DNA of 64,000 nt. It comes from Dehalococcoidia bacterium (lineage in GTDB: Bacteria; Chloroflexota; Dehalococcoidia; SZUA-161; SpSt-899). A model generated the notes under the pieces. The model was not told where the DNA came from. It made no database searches and saw only the letters and a list, made by a program, of their open reading frames with translations. The position numbers were made by a program, and so were the translations under genes. Where the stretch lies: contig JBKGZM010000003.1 of NCBI GenBank assembly GCA_046545575.1, positions 5,118 through 69,117 on the forward strand. Direction: 5' to 3'. Of this stretch, positions 1 through 12,147 are shown piece after piece; position 1 is the first letter of the stretch, and each line of letters opens with the position of its first letter.

Positions 1-1189
1 TTGCTATAGCGGTGAGAAACGACTGCCTGGCTTTCCCAATTGCCTGGAAGATCAAAGAACTGACCATAATGAATCCCGTGAGATACAGGGCAGCAAAGAC
101 CCGCCTTGCACCATGAGAAGCTAAATCGATGAGTTCACTGTCAGTGGTAAAAATACTGATGATCGGCTCTGGAGTGATCTGGATAACGGCAAATAATGTG
201 ATGCAAATGCCTGTCGCGGCGATAAGAGCCAGCTTTATTGCCCGCATTGCCCTGTCAAAGCGTTTAGCGCCATAATTAAAGCCTAGTACTGGCTGGAGCC
301 CCTGACCTATGGTGATCCCCGGCATCAACACAAACATGATGATCCGGTGAATTATGCCATAAGCGGATACCGCCAGATCGCCGCCGTAGACGACAAGTAT
401 GTTATTTACCATAACGACGGACAGGCTGGTGGCGAATGTCCTGGCGAAAGATGCAATGCCTATCGCGAAAATCTCTTTCAGGATGCTCAATTCAAAGAGC
501 ATGTTCCTTACGTGGATTTTCAGAAAGCTTCTACCGGAAAGATAGTACCTCATTACATATGAGGCAGACATGAACTGTGCTGTCACCGTGGCAAGAGCGG
601 CTCCCTGTATCCCCATATCCAGCGCTATGATGAAGATTGCATCGAACACGATGTTCATGCCACCGCCTATCATCATTGCTATCATAGGAACCTTGGCATT
701 CCCTTCGGACCTTATCAGTCCGTTTGAGGACATGGCGAGGGTTTGGAAGAACATCCCGATGATGATTATGGACATGTAATCCCGGGCATATGGGAGGATG
801 GTGTCTGACGCGCCCATAAGTGAAAGCCAGAAATCTATATTGGAGAAGGCAACTATCATGATCAGTGCTGACAGTACGAGCACAGTGGCTAAGGCATTCC
901 CCAGCGCACGTTCTGCTCTTGGGATGTTATCAGCGCCGATCAACCGTGAAATCAGGGAAGCTCCACCCAGTCCAATCAACTGCCCGACGCCCATGCACAT
1001 CATTTGAAACGGAAAGACAATGGAAAGTCCTGCGATGCCAAGGGTACCAACGTAGTGGCCCACGAAGATCGTGTCCACTATGTTGTATAACGTCATGACA
1101 AACATGCCAACGAACGATGGTAAGGACAATTTCAGCAGCAAGTGCCCAATCCGGTGATCATCGAGTATATTTTGATTCTGGGTAGCCAT
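1..1189 (-). CDS. MATE family efflux transporter, partial (C-terminus lies beyond the window edge; about 396 aa present)
   Basis: Absent from the ORF track because it runs off the window. The reverse complement from ATG 1189..1187 reads MATQNQNILDDHRIGHLLLKLSLPSFVGMFVMTLYNIVDTIFVGHYVGTLGIAGLSIVFPF...GASLISRLIGA... and stays open to position 1. The multi-helix hydrophobic pattern and N-terminal motif are typical of MATE (NorM/DinF-like) proteins. The short + strand ORFs at 347..1098 are antisense shadows of it. Confidence 0.8.
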   Translation of the reverse strand, partial: MATQNQNILDDHRIGHLLLKLSLPSFVGMFVMTLYNIVDTIFVGHYVGTLGIAGLSIVFPFQMMCMGVGQLIGLGGASLISRLIGADNIPRAERALGNALATVLVLSALIMIVAFSNIDFWLSLMGASDTILPYARDYMSIIIIGMFFQTLAMSSNGLIRSEGNAKVPMIAMMIGGGMNIVFDAIFIIALDMGIQGAALATVTAQFMSASYVMRYYLSGRSFLKIHVRNMLFELSILKEIFAIGIASFARTFATSLSVVMVNNILVVYGGDLAVSAYGIIHRIIMFVLMPGITIGQGLQPVLGFNYGAKRFDRAMRAIKLALIAATGICITLFAVIQITPEPIISIFTTDSELIDLASHGARRVFAALYLTGFIMVSSLIFQAIGKARQSFLTAIA

Positions 1190-1236
1190 ATCCCTAATTC
1201 ATTCCCTTGTAGCGTAGCGCTGTATTAATACTTCCG

Positions 1237-1710
1237 TTAGTTGGCAATGGCCCTTTCCTGCTGTAATTTCGCCAGTATGTTGCGTATATTCCTCAGCGAA
1301 CCCGACAGCTCATTCAGTTCCTCATCGCTGAGACAGGACAGGGTCTCTTTCACCGCATTCCTCATCTTACTCCGGTGTTCCTCCAATACGGTCTTCCCTT
1401 TATCGGTGAGCACGAGATTCGTCACTCTTCTGTCTGATGAGTCCATTTGCCTTTCGACGAAGCCTAGTTCCACCAGCCTGTCTACCAGGCTGGTCATGTG
1501 AGCACGGGCTATACATAGCCTTTCCCCGATTTCCGCAGCGTAGAGAGTTCCCTCATTCCTGAGCAGCCCCATGATCTCGAAATGGAGTGGTGAAATATCC
1601 GGTTTGATGCCCGCCTGGGTCCTGTGCAAACTCCTCCTCACTTCCCTGAAGATAAGAGGCGGAACGGAGAGCAAATCTGCCGTAACCTTATCCATAATGT
1701 CAGTCCGCAT
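1237..1710 (-). CDS. MarR family transcriptional regulator
   Basis: 157 aa. Winged-HTH pattern LHFEIMGLLRNEGTLYAAEIGERLCIARAHMTSLVDRLVELGFVERQMDSSDRRVTNLVLTDKG. It sits between two transporter genes, which is a typical MarR arrangement. Confidence 0.85.
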   Translation of the reverse strand: MRTDIMDKVTADLLSVPPLIFREVRRSLHRTQAGIKPDISPLHFEIMGLLRNEGTLYAAEIGERLCIARAHMTSLVDRLVELGFVERQMDSSDRRVTNLVLTDKGKTVLEEHRSKMRNAVKETLSCLSDEELNELSGSLRNIRNILAKLQQERAIAN

Positions 1711-1739
1711 TTTGAATTCCTCCCGTAATTGATTTAAAG

Positions 1740-1765
1740 ACTATATTGTTTAATAATTATATAGT
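1740..1765. promoter_or_regulatory. AT-rich inverted repeat ACTATAT-N12-ATATAGT, candidate MarR operator in the marR/MFS divergent region
   Basis: Read directly: actatat (1740..1746) and atatagt (1759..1765) are exact reverse complements. The repeat lies about 30 nt upstream of the marR start. The function is inferred. Confidence 0.3.
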
Positions 1766-1918
1766 TTACTTTCTAAACATATTTTAGCACCTCCTTACTG
1801 AAACCGTCAAGGGCGGCTTCATCAGGTCTTGTACAAAACCAGGCTCTAACGTCTGATAATGTGCAGAATGTCTACAAGAATTGAAGTATGCTGCAATCAT
1901 CATTAAGATAATAGGAGT

Positions 1919-3148
1919 ATGATTAAGCGATTCTCGTTGTACGGTTTTCTGAAAAATCAGCGGTACTTTGAGCCATTTATCATCCTGTTCTTCCTGGCCA
2001 ATGGACTTTCCTTTACGCAAATAGGCTTCCTCGTCGGCTTCCGCGAGATGGCCATCAATCTCATGGAAATACCCAGCGGGGCGGTAGCGGACCTGTTTGG
2101 GCGGCGGCGTTGTATGATCCTGTCTTTTGTCTCCTATATCACCTCATTTACAATCTTTGGCTTTAGCCATGAGTACTGGCAGTTTTTTGTGGCCATGTTC
2201 TTTTTCTCCATTGGCGAGGCTTTTCGCACCGGCACACACAAGTCCATAATATTCACCTGGCTCCGCCTCGAGGGCCGCTCAGATGAGAAAACCAGGGTCT
2301 ACGGCTACACACGATCATGGTCAAACATAGGTTCAGCGGTATCGGTCATCCTGGCCGCGGTTTTCGTCTTACTGACCAAAAATTACGCTTATGTCTTCTT
2401 CTTTGCCATTCTCCCCTACCTGGCAGGGCTCATAAACTTTATAACCTATCCCAAAGAGTTAGAAGGAGAGCCAGAGCTGGGAACAAGTCTCCGAAATATC
2501 CTGCGGCATCTGTGGGAGTGTCTTAAAGATTCTCTGTCTATCCAACGTTTACGCCGACTGATCGCGGAATCGATGGGGTTTGAGGGCGTTTACAAGGCGG
2601 TAGAAAGCTACCTTCAGCCGGTGATCAAAAGTCTGGCGCTCATGCTGCCTTTTCTTACTGGTCTGGGAGATGTACAGCGCAGCGCCATACTGGTAGGAGC
2701 TATATATTTTGCAGTACACCTTGCCTCCGGGTATGCCAGCCGCAACTCGTACCGTGTAACCGAGCGCCTTGGAGGAGAGGAAAAGGGCAGCCGTTTTCTC
2801 TGGAAAATGATTCTAATTCTGTACCTGGGACTGGTCCCCCTGCTGTTTTTTGAATATTACCATGCAGCTATACTAGGATTTATAGTCCTTGCTCTGGTCC
2901 AGAACTTCTGGAGGCCTGTACAGATCAGCCGTTTCGACGCCTATGCTACCGAGACGCAGGGGGCCACGATTCTGTCCATCGAGAGCCAGGCGAAATCTGT
3001 ATCGACCATGATACTGGCACCGATCATGGGAGCGATGGTGGACCTGGTCAGGGATTACAATATCGGCGGGGACTTCTGGCCGGTGGCTACAATGGCAGTG
3101 ATTATCACATTACTGGTCCTGGTCATGCCATTGAGGCGAGACAAATAG
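1919..3148 (+). CDS. MFS transporter
   Basis: 409 aa with about 12 hydrophobic segments. An MFS-like loop motif (ADLFGRRR) follows TM2. The gene is divergent from marR. Confidence 0.8.
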   Translation: MIKRFSLYGFLKNQRYFEPFIILFFLANGLSFTQIGFLVGFREMAINLMEIPSGAVADLFGRRRCMILSFVSYITSFTIFGFSHEYWQFFVAMFFFSIGEAFRTGTHKSIIFTWLRLEGRSDEKTRVYGYTRSWSNIGSAVSVILAAVFVLLTKNYAYVFFFAILPYLAGLINFITYPKELEGEPELGTSLRNILRHLWECLKDSLSIQRLRRLIAESMGFEGVYKAVESYLQPVIKSLALMLPFLTGLGDVQRSAILVGAIYFAVHLASGYASRNSYRVTERLGGEEKGSRFLWKMILILYLGLVPLLFFEYYHAAILGFIVLALVQNFWRPVQISRFDAYATETQGATILSIESQAKSVSTMILAPIMGAMVDLVRDYNIGGDFWPVATMAVIITLLVLVMPLRRDK

Positions 3149-3238
3149 CGAGTCAGCACAGATAGGGCATTGCCCGTAATATCGGCCGGGATTTGACAGA
3201 CCTGGAGAGTTTATAAGTTAGCATCTTCAAACTCAAGT

Positions 3239-3267
3239 TTGTCAGCCTCTCATGATTTCGTTATAAT
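3239..3267 (+). promoter_or_regulatory. sigma70-like promoter for coaX (TTGTCA-17 nt-TATAAT)
   Basis: ttgtca at 3239..3244 and tataat at 3262..3267, 17-nt spacer, about 33 nt upstream of the coaX ATG. Confidence 0.45.
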
Positions 3268-3299
3268 GATTCTAACGGCGAAAAGGTGCGACTTAAGGT

Positions 3300-4082
3300 A
3301 TGTTGCTGGTTGTTGATATCGGGAATACAACGGCGGACATCGGCATTTTTAACGATGGCGACCTTTATGTCAAGTGGAATATCGCCACTGATGTCCATAA
3401 ATCACCCGACGAATATGCGGTGATACTCCTCAACTTGATCGAGCGTGCTGGTATAAACTTGCAGGACATCGAGCATGTAGTAATTTGCTGCGTGGCTCCA
3501 CCACTGGAATATGTTTTCAGCGAGCTGTGCAAGCGGTATCTCAATATCTCTCCTTTAATAGTTGAACCGGGGGTTAGAACGGGGATTAACATCCGTATTG
3601 ATAGCCCGCGTGAGGTCGGGCCAGACCGCATTGTCAATGCAGTGGCAGGACATCACCTTTATGGCGGACCTTTAATCGTTATCGACCTCGGGACCGCCAC
3701 CACCTTTGATATAATCTCCGAGAGAGGCGACTACCTGGGCGGTGCTATCGCTCCGGGGATAAAGACAGCAGCGGAATCGCTTTTTGAACGAACGGCGAAG
3801 CTCCCCCGTGTAGAGCTAGTTCGTCCCAAGAACGTCATCGGCCGCGATACGGTTTCTGCAATGCAATCGGGTTTCGTGTTTGGATATGTCGGACTTATTG
3901 AGGGGCTTATTTATCGGATTCAGCAGGAGCTCGGCGGCAAGAAATGCCGGGTCATTGCCACCGGTGGCTATGCCGACCTCCTGGCCAGAGAGACAAGCGT
4001 CATTGACACGGTATTTCCTCATCTTAGCCTGACAGGGCTTCGACTCATCCATGAACTAAACGCAGGAAGAAAAAATGGTTGA
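3300..4082 (+). CDS. coaX: type III pantothenate kinase
   Basis: 260 aa. N-terminal MLLVVDIGNTTADIGIF (ASKHA phosphate-1 motif), then DLGTATTFD and ATGG motifs. Adjacent to coaBC. Confidence 0.9.
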   Translation: MLLVVDIGNTTADIGIFNDGDLYVKWNIATDVHKSPDEYAVILLNLIERAGINLQDIEHVVICCVAPPLEYVFSELCKRYLNISPLIVEPGVRTGINIRIDSPREVGPDRIVNAVAGHHLYGGPLIVIDLGTATTFDIISERGDYLGGAIAPGIKTAAESLFERTAKLPRVELVRPKNVIGRDTVSAMQSGFVFGYVGLIEGLIYRIQQELGGKKCRVIATGGYADLLARETSVIDTVFPHLSLTGLRLIHELNAGRKNG

Positions 4083-5248
4083 AGGCAAGAAAGCTGTTCT
4101 GGCAGTAACGGGGAGCATTTCGGTCTACAAGATCGTCGATCTTGCCAGCAAGCTTGTCCAAGCGGGAATAGAGGTGGATGTGGCAATGACCGAATCGGCT
4201 ACCAGGTTTGTGGCTCCCATCTCTTTTCGCGCCGTTACTCACAGGCCGGTTCATACGGATATGTGGGCCCCGGTCACGGATTTTGACATCGAACATGTTG
4301 CACTTGGGGAAAGGGGGGATGTGGTGGTGGTGGCACCGGCTACCGCAAATACCATCGCCAAGATAGCGATGGGAATCGCTGATAACCTGGTAACCTGCAC
4401 TGTGTTATCCACACAGTCACCGGTACTGATCGCTCCGGCGATGGACGTGGGTATGTACCTCGACCAGGCTACGCAGGATAACCTGGAGAAGCTCAGGCAG
4501 CGAGGTTATATAGTTGTCGGCCCCGCCAGTGGTAGACTCGCCTCGGGATTGGAAGGCTCAGGAAGACTTGTTGAGGTGGCTGAGCTTCAGACAGCGATAT
4601 ACAAAGTTCTAGGCAGGTCCGGCGACCTAGCTGGCAAACACGTAGTAGTTACCGCAGGAGGAACCCGGGAGCCAATTGACACCGTCCGCTACATCGGCAA
4701 CTACTCCTCAGGGAAGATGGGATTTGCAGTAGCAGAGGCCGCAAGGAACCGGGGAGCATCGGTTTCCCTTATCACAGGCCCGGCTGATATTTCCCCACCG
4801 CTCGGGGTCATGGTGACAAGGATACAAACAGCAGCACAGATGAGAGACGCTGTGATGGACAATACCCCCAAAGCCGATGCCCTGATCATGGCTGCTGCGG
4901 TGGCCGATTACCGGCCGGAGAGTTCAGCTGAGGCAAAGATCAAACGCAAAGCTGAAGGACTGAGCCTTCAGCTTGTGCCCACCGCGGATATTATAAACGA
5001 GGTTCAGGGAAGCCTGATCAAAGTGGGATTTGCCGCGGAGAGCGAGGATTTGGTCAAAAACGCCCAGGGTAAATTAGAATCTAAGCGACTCGACCTCATT
5101 GTCGCCAATGATATCACCGCCTCCGGAAGTGGATTCGGCAGCGACACCAACAAGGTTACCATTATAAATCGCGCTGGTGAAACCGAGGACTTACCTCTGA
5201 TGAGCAAGTTCGAGGTGGCTAACAGGATTCTCGACAGGGTGGCCGAAC

Positions 5249-5259
<11 letters not shown>
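4075..5259 (+). CDS. coaBC: bifunctional phosphopantothenoylcysteine decarboxylase / phosphopantothenate-cysteine ligase
   Basis: 394 aa. N-terminal flavoprotein domain ([20 protein letters not shown]) plus a C-terminal DFP/CoaB domain ([25 protein letters not shown]). It overlaps coaX by 8 nt. Confidence 0.9.
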
Positions 5260-7243
<1,984 letters not shown>

Positions 7244-7316
7244 TATTTCGTATCCTTGCTGGAACACTCTTCCAGTTTCAATTGTATCGCAAGCCATCAC
7301 GGGGAACAAACTGGCC

Positions 7317-8813
7317 TCACGCACAATGGAAATACATACTTACCAGCTTCCGCACCTCATCTTCCTTGTCGTAATACCCTGGCCCTACATCCCTATCGCC
7401 GAAGCTCTTGATCTGGTTCGCCACGTCATCTACCAGTTCAGGGGGAAACACGTTATCCCTTTCATATGTTTCCCGTTGTTCCAAAAGGGACTCGGCCGAT
7501 TCCCAGCAAGAGGCAGGTAAATGAGCGAATCCACCTCCTCGAGATTCATCAGGAGAAGTGCCGGCATTTACGTAGAGCTTGTCAGCTACCTCCAACGCGT
7601 CCTTCATTTCGAGTCCATGTCTGGCAGCCACTGCCATTCCGGCGAGGAGAAAATGAATGTTGGCACTCCCATCGGGGCTGCGAAGTTCGACCGTCTGGTC
7701 AGCGCCCGCTGTCGGTGATTCCTCAGTTTCCTGCGGATTGGCATTCTTTGCCATATCCCCGGCATTTAACCATCCTAACGGAACCCTCACCAGTGCCGAC
7801 CGGTTTCTGTCGCCCCAATATACTGTTGCCGGTGCTTCCTTCTTGGCGTTTATTCTCGCAAATGAGAGGGGAATAGGATTGCCAAAGGCCGTCAAGGAAC
7901 GAGCGAGATCCAGATATCCAGCGATAACCTTCCTTGCCACATCGCTCAGGCCGTTTTTGTCGACCAGCAGGTTTTCACCGTTTTGCATCAACCTGGAATG
8001 GATATGGAGCCCGCTTCCCGCATGCCCGACGGAGATCATGGGGGCAAATGTGATATTAACACCTCGCTTGTAGGCCAGCGTTCTCAGAATCCACCGTGCA
8101 AGGACAATCTGGTCCGCTGCATCCTCTATATCCCTGGGAATGAACTCGATCTCGTTCTGCTCCATGTCCTGTGCTTCTCTGGAAACGAATCCCGCCTCGG
8201 AATGACCGTATTTTATTATCCCACCAGCTTGAGCTATTGCTTGCATCGCCTCGCATCTGAGGTCCTCTTGTTTGGCAAAGGGGGAAGATTCCTCATAGCC
8301 CTTCTCTCCTGCAACCGGGTAAAGGGGATCTTTATCATACACGATGTAGTATTCCAACTCTCCCATAGCCTGGAGACTGAACCCGGTGGCGCTCTTCAGT
8401 GTCTCATGCGCTCTCCGGAGCACATTCTCAGGGGAACTCTTCAGCGGCTCTCCACCGGCTGTATAGTACGAACAGAGGAAATCCACCGTTGGGACAGCGG
8501 AGAACGGATTTACATAGGCGGTCCTGTAACGGGGAATGATATAGAGATCACTTGAGTCTGAGTGGACATAGGAGAACAGATTGGAGCCATCCACCCTCTC
8601 TCCCGCGGAAAGCAACCTGTCCAGTTGATTCTTGCTGTTGACAACGAAGTTGAGCGTCTTCAGCCGACCGTCCCCTCCCAAATGACGAAAGTTGACCGCC
8701 TGAATGTTGTTCTCCTCTATGAACCTGATAAGGTCTCTTCTGGTGAATTCCTCAGGAGATTTATCCAGGTACCTGACTATCTTGTGCGGATTCATTTCTC
8801 GCTCATTGTTCAT
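7317..8813 (-). CDS. glutamine synthetase family protein (divergent, type I-like catalytic domain)
   Basis: 498 aa. A beta-grasp N-terminal domain ([20 protein letters not shown]) and the GS nucleotide-binding signature region ([19 protein letters not shown]). A longer C-terminal half than classic GlnA, so substrate is uncertain. Confidence 0.7.
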   Translation of the reverse strand: MNNEREMNPHKIVRYLDKSPEEFTRRDLIRFIEENNIQAVNFRHLGGDGRLKTLNFVVNSKNQLDRLLSAGERVDGSNLFSYVHSDSSDLYIIPRYRTAYVNPFSAVPTVDFLCSYYTAGGEPLKSSPENVLRRAHETLKSATGFSLQAMGELEYYIVYDKDPLYPVAGEKGYEESSPFAKQEDLRCEAMQAIAQAGGIIKYGHSEAGFVSREAQDMEQNEIEFIPRDIEDAADQIVLARWILRTLAYKRGVNITFAPMISVGHAGSGLHIHSRLMQNGENLLVDKNGLSDVARKVIAGYLDLARSLTAFGNPIPLSFARINAKKEAPATVYWGDRNRSALVRVPLGWLNAGDMAKNANPQETEESPTAGADQTVELRSPDGSANIHFLLAGMAVAARHGLEMKDALEVADKLYVNAGTSPDESRGGGFAHLPASCWESAESLLEQRETYERDNVFPPELVDDVANQIKSFGDRDVGPGYYDKEDEVRKLVSMYFHCA

Positions 8814-9126
8814 CCTTCACCTCATTAGTTAATAACTTAACAGATTCTACCATTGATCGTTTCTATATTGAAGGGAAGTCTATTTAAACCCCCTAAATCC
8901 CCTTTTAGTAAAGGGGGATTAAAATCGTAGGGACAGGTTCTTACTAATGGGTACGTAAGTAAGTGAACTTGTAAACTGCCGGAAGTCGTGGACACAAGCG
9001 TCAGAAAACGGGATACGAGTCCAGCTACTTATAACCTCATTAGTAAAACTGTCCGATCGGGTGGGTACAGATGCTGAATGAGATTAGTCGCACTGCCGGA
9101 GGCGGACAATGACACATTAATGGCAT

Positions 9127-10437
9127 TTAATATGCAGCAAGTCCGGGTAAAAAGGTGGCGATTTGAGGGAATGCAATCAGGATAGCAACGCATACTATCA
9201 GTGCCGCCAGGAAAGGCAATATGCCTTTGAATATGCTTTCCAGGCGTACGTTTTCCTCGGCAACCCCTTTTATGACGTAGACATTAATACCGACCGGTGG
9301 CGTAATTACTCCCATCTCGGTCACCAGCACGATTATCACACCGAACCATATGGGATTGAATCCCAGCGCCTCCACCAGCGGGAAAATAATGGGTATGGTA
9401 AGGGTGATGAGCGCCAGCGCATCCATGAAACATCCACCAATTAGATACATCAGCACGATGAAGGCCATGATGGCTGCGTTGGGTAAGGGAAGTCCTCCTA
9501 TCCAGTCTGCCATAACAAGGGGAATTTTGGATATCGCCATGAAATGTCCAAACACAAAGGCACCCGTAACGATAACCATAACCATACAGGATATTCGTAC
9601 AGCATCCTTCACAGCGAAAACAAAGTTGTCCTTGGTAAGTGACCTCCGCACCAGCCCGATAACCAGGGCTCCTGCTGCCCCTATCGCACCTCCCATTGTG
9701 GGACTGAACCAGCCCAGGAAAATTCCACCGATAACCAGGGCAAACAGAATCAGTGCTTCAGCAATACCGCTAAACCCGACGAGCTTCTGCTTCAGGGTCG
9801 TTCCGGCACCCGCTGCCGGGGCAAGAGATGGATTTATCCGCGTTTGAAGAAAGAGGGTAAGCATGAAGAGAACGGCAAGAAGTGCGCCCGGCAGGACTCC
9901 TGCGATGAACAACTTCCCTATCGACTCCTGTGTCAGGATGCCATAGACGATGAATACCGTACTCGGAGGAATGAGTATGCCCAGGCTTCCTGCAGCAGCC
10001 ACACACCCTGTGGCCAGTGAATCAGCGTAATTATACCTCTTCATTTCGGGGAGCGTAACTCTTCCCATTGCCGCTGCCGTGGCGTTGGTCGACCCGCAAA
10101 TAGCGGCAAAACCGGCACAGGCAAGGATGGTCGCCAGGCCGAGCCCTCCCCGCAAACGTCCGAACATGGCATAGGTTGCATCGTAGAGTCTACTGCCAAT
10201 ACCACTGGCAAAGGCGATAGAGCCCATGAGAACAAACATGGGGATCACGCTTAGCGAATAGGAAGAGAAGTTTGTCCAGAAATCCCTGGCCAGCAAGCTA
10301 AGCCCTGCCTGCGGTGATGCCAGATACATATAGCCTGCTACCCCTATCAGGGCCATAGCAAAGCCGACGGGCATCCTGATTAAAAAGAGAAAAAGCAGAA
10401 TAACAATGCCTATAATGCCTATGGTCTCGGAACTCAT
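9127..10437 (-). CDS. TRAP transporter large permease subunit (DctM family)
   Basis: 436 aa, polytopic, with typical DctM length and composition. Overlaps the preceding small-permease gene by 4 nt. Confidence 0.9.
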   Translation of the reverse strand: MSSETIGIIGIVILLFLFLIRMPVGFAMALIGVAGYMYLASPQAGLSLLARDFWTNFSSYSLSVIPMFVLMGSIAFASGIGSRLYDATYAMFGRLRGGLGLATILACAGFAAICGSTNATAAAMGRVTLPEMKRYNYADSLATGCVAAAGSLGILIPPSTVFIVYGILTQESIGKLFIAGVLPGALLAVLFMLTLFLQTRINPSLAPAAGAGTTLKQKLVGFSGIAEALILFALVIGGIFLGWFSPTMGGAIGAAGALVIGLVRRSLTKDNFVFAVKDAVRISCMVMVIVTGAFVFGHFMAISKIPLVMADWIGGLPLPNAAIMAFIVLMYLIGGCFMDALALITLTIPIIFPLVEALGFNPIWFGVIIVLVTEMGVITPPVGINVYVIKGVAEENVRLESIFKGILPFLAALIVCVAILIAFPQIATFLPGLAAY

Positions 10438-10934
10438 CGCGTTACCGCCTTAATAGCTGATCTCAGGAATTCATTAATGAGCAAAAGGCATAAGGGGATA
10501 CATGCTGCTGCTATCCCATAGACAAAGGGATAAAAAGGGATCTCTGCAGTCATTGAAACCTCACCTGCTCTGTGGAGACTCTGTCCGTACTGAATGCATC
10601 TCCATATAAGTAGAGAGAAGAGAGACAAGCTGAGGAGAGAAGTGAGGCAACCGAGGATGTACTGAACTCGCTCCGGCATCCGTACTGTAAAGAATTCTAC
10701 TTCGATGTGACCTTTCATGGCCTGGGTTTGCGCTATAGCAAAGCCAGCGGTAACCGTTGCCATCAAGCTTACAACCTCTATAGCCGCTGGGACGGGCTGG
10801 CTAAATCCTTTAGACCCGATGGCATTCGCCACGGTAAGGGCCATCATGCCCACGATTGAGACACATGCTACCCAGTTAAACCATTCGCTCAGTAGATTGC
10901 TAACCCATGTAAATTGCTCAAGCGTTTTTTGCAC
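10434..10934 (-). CDS. TRAP transporter small permease subunit (DctQ family)
   Basis: 166 aa with 4 predicted TM helices, located between the DctP-like and DctM-like genes. Confidence 0.8.
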   Translation of the reverse strand: MQKTLEQFTWVSNLLSEWFNWVACVSIVGMMALTVANAIGSKGFSQPVPAAIEVVSLMATVTAGFAIAQTQAMKGHIEVEFFTVRMPERVQYILGCLTSLLSLSLFSLLIWRCIQYGQSLHRAGEVSMTAEIPFYPFVYGIAAACIPLCLLLINEFLRSAIKAVTR

Positions 10935-10968
10935 TTATAGACCTCTTCCTTATAATACCTGCACTAGA

Positions 10969-10997
10969 GGTGCCGACTGCACCAGGCAGCCGGCACC
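10969..10997 (-). promoter_or_regulatory. intercistronic 12-bp stem-loop between the TRAP binding-protein gene and the permease genes
   Basis: On the + strand, ggtgccgactgc/accag/gcagccggcacc. The single A.C mismatch on the + strand becomes a G.U wobble in the minus-strand RNA, which is the operon sense. No U-tract follows it. Confidence 0.5.
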
Positions 10998-11025
10998 CCA
11001 GTTCCCTTACTCCATACTATCGCTG

Positions 11026-12147
11026 CTATTCAGCTTGTGCCAGTACTTCCTCGAGATAGGTCAGGCACTCATCCGCTGTTGGGGCCTGATCAGAATAGTA
11101 ACCGATTCTCTCCTCTACATAGTCGACAGCTTCCTGGCCAGGCAAACCCTCAGCGCTCGTTTCATCTATGTAGTTATCGATAAGCGGGTTTACAGCGTCA
11201 ACCCAACGCGCGGTTTCATCGGCTGAAAGATCGATTACCTCTCTGCCTTCCCCAAGACTCTTGAAGTAATCTATCCCCATCTTATCGTATCCTGACCATA
11301 CCTTACCATGCTTGGGTACCCACTCCTCGCTGACCTCGGTGAATACATCTTTAACGTCCTGTGGCAATGAGGCCCATTTATCATTGTTCATCGTCACGAT
11401 CATATTAGCGGTGTAGCCAACCTCCCTGCAGTCAGTGACGTATTTCACCACCTCAGCTTGGTTCCAGCCCTTGAGAACCTCTCTGGGGGTATAACTTCCG
11501 TCCACAACCTTCTTGGACATCAGTTCGTAGGCCTCTCCCTGACCTGCTGCATAGGCCTCAGCGCCCAGAGCCTTTACGACCTTTGCTCCCATAGAAGTGC
11601 CCCGTATCTGCATACCCTGGATCTCCTCAAGCTTGCGGACCGGCTTTTCGACAGTGAACAGTACACCCGGGCCATGGGCATGGAAATATAACGGATGGGT
11701 ATCGCTGAACTCCTCAGGGGTAAACTCATTGTAGAAATCGCTGGCAGCTTGAGTAGCGACCCAGCCACTGGGGTACTTCAATGGCAGGTCAACAACTTGC
11801 GTCAACGGGAAACGCCCAGCAGTATACGCCAATACAGTCATTCCTACATCCGAGATACCCTCGACTACACCATCATAAACCTCGGGGCCTGCGGTAAGTG
11901 ACCCGCCGGGATAGTAGGTAAATTCCACCTGGCCATTTGTCCGCTCAGTTATTTCATCACACCACGATTGACCGAGAATTGCGTTGGCATGTGTGGGAGG
12001 GAAGAAATTACTGTACGTTAGCTCGATGGTCTCAGCGGGTGTTGTCTCCGCGGGTGTTGTTTCTTCTTTCACTGGCGCACACCCTGCAAACAACGGCACT
12101 GCAATCAATGCCAGAGCAAGAACAGCTATCAATAAGATCTTACGCAT
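11026..12147 (-). CDS. TRAP transporter substrate-binding lipoprotein (DctP family)
   Basis: 373 aa. Signal peptide with lipobox LFAGC. First gene of the P-Q-M operon. Confidence 0.85.
   Translation of the reverse strand: MRKILLIAVLALALIAVPLFAGCAPVKEETTPAETTPAETIELTYSNFFPPTHANAILGQSWCDEITERTNGQVEFTYYPGGSLTAGPEVYDGVVEGISDVGMTVLAYTAGRFPLTQVVDLPLKYPSGWVATQAASDFYNEFTPEEFSDTHPLYFHAHGPGVLFTVEKPVRKLEEIQGMQIRGTSMGAKVVKALGAEAYAAGQGEAYELMSKKVVDGSYTPREVLKGWNQAEVVKYVTDCREVGYTANMIVTMNNDKWASLPQDVKDVFTEVSEEWVPKHGKVWSGYDKMGIDYFKSLGEGREVIDLSADETARWVDAVNPLIDNYIDETSAEGLPGQEAVDYVEERIGYYSDQAPTADECLTYLEEVLAQAE

Noticed and set aside
347-1098. Four short + strand ORFs at the window start
   Set aside because: They are antisense to a continuous minus-strand MATE transporter reading frame (1..1189), which has clear family motifs.
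7244-7324. N-terminal extensions offered by the ORF track (uvrB to 7324, response regulator to 22505, rpe to 45635, rseP to 36408, PHP from 52724, ahcY from 54554, gatC from 55827, isochorismatase from 57604, Udk-like from 25730)
   Set aside because: In each case an internal ATG matches the family's usual N-terminus, or has a better SD sequence, or creates a classic ATGA overlap. The extensions overlap the upstream gene and look non-coding.
8896-8920. Hairpin aatcccctttt/agt/aaagggggatt as the terminator of the TRAP operon
   Set aside because: It lies about 200 nt past the dctM stop and has a bulge. It lacks a proper U-tract on the minus strand, and nothing is transcribed toward it on the + strand. 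I kept it only as part of the spacer observation.
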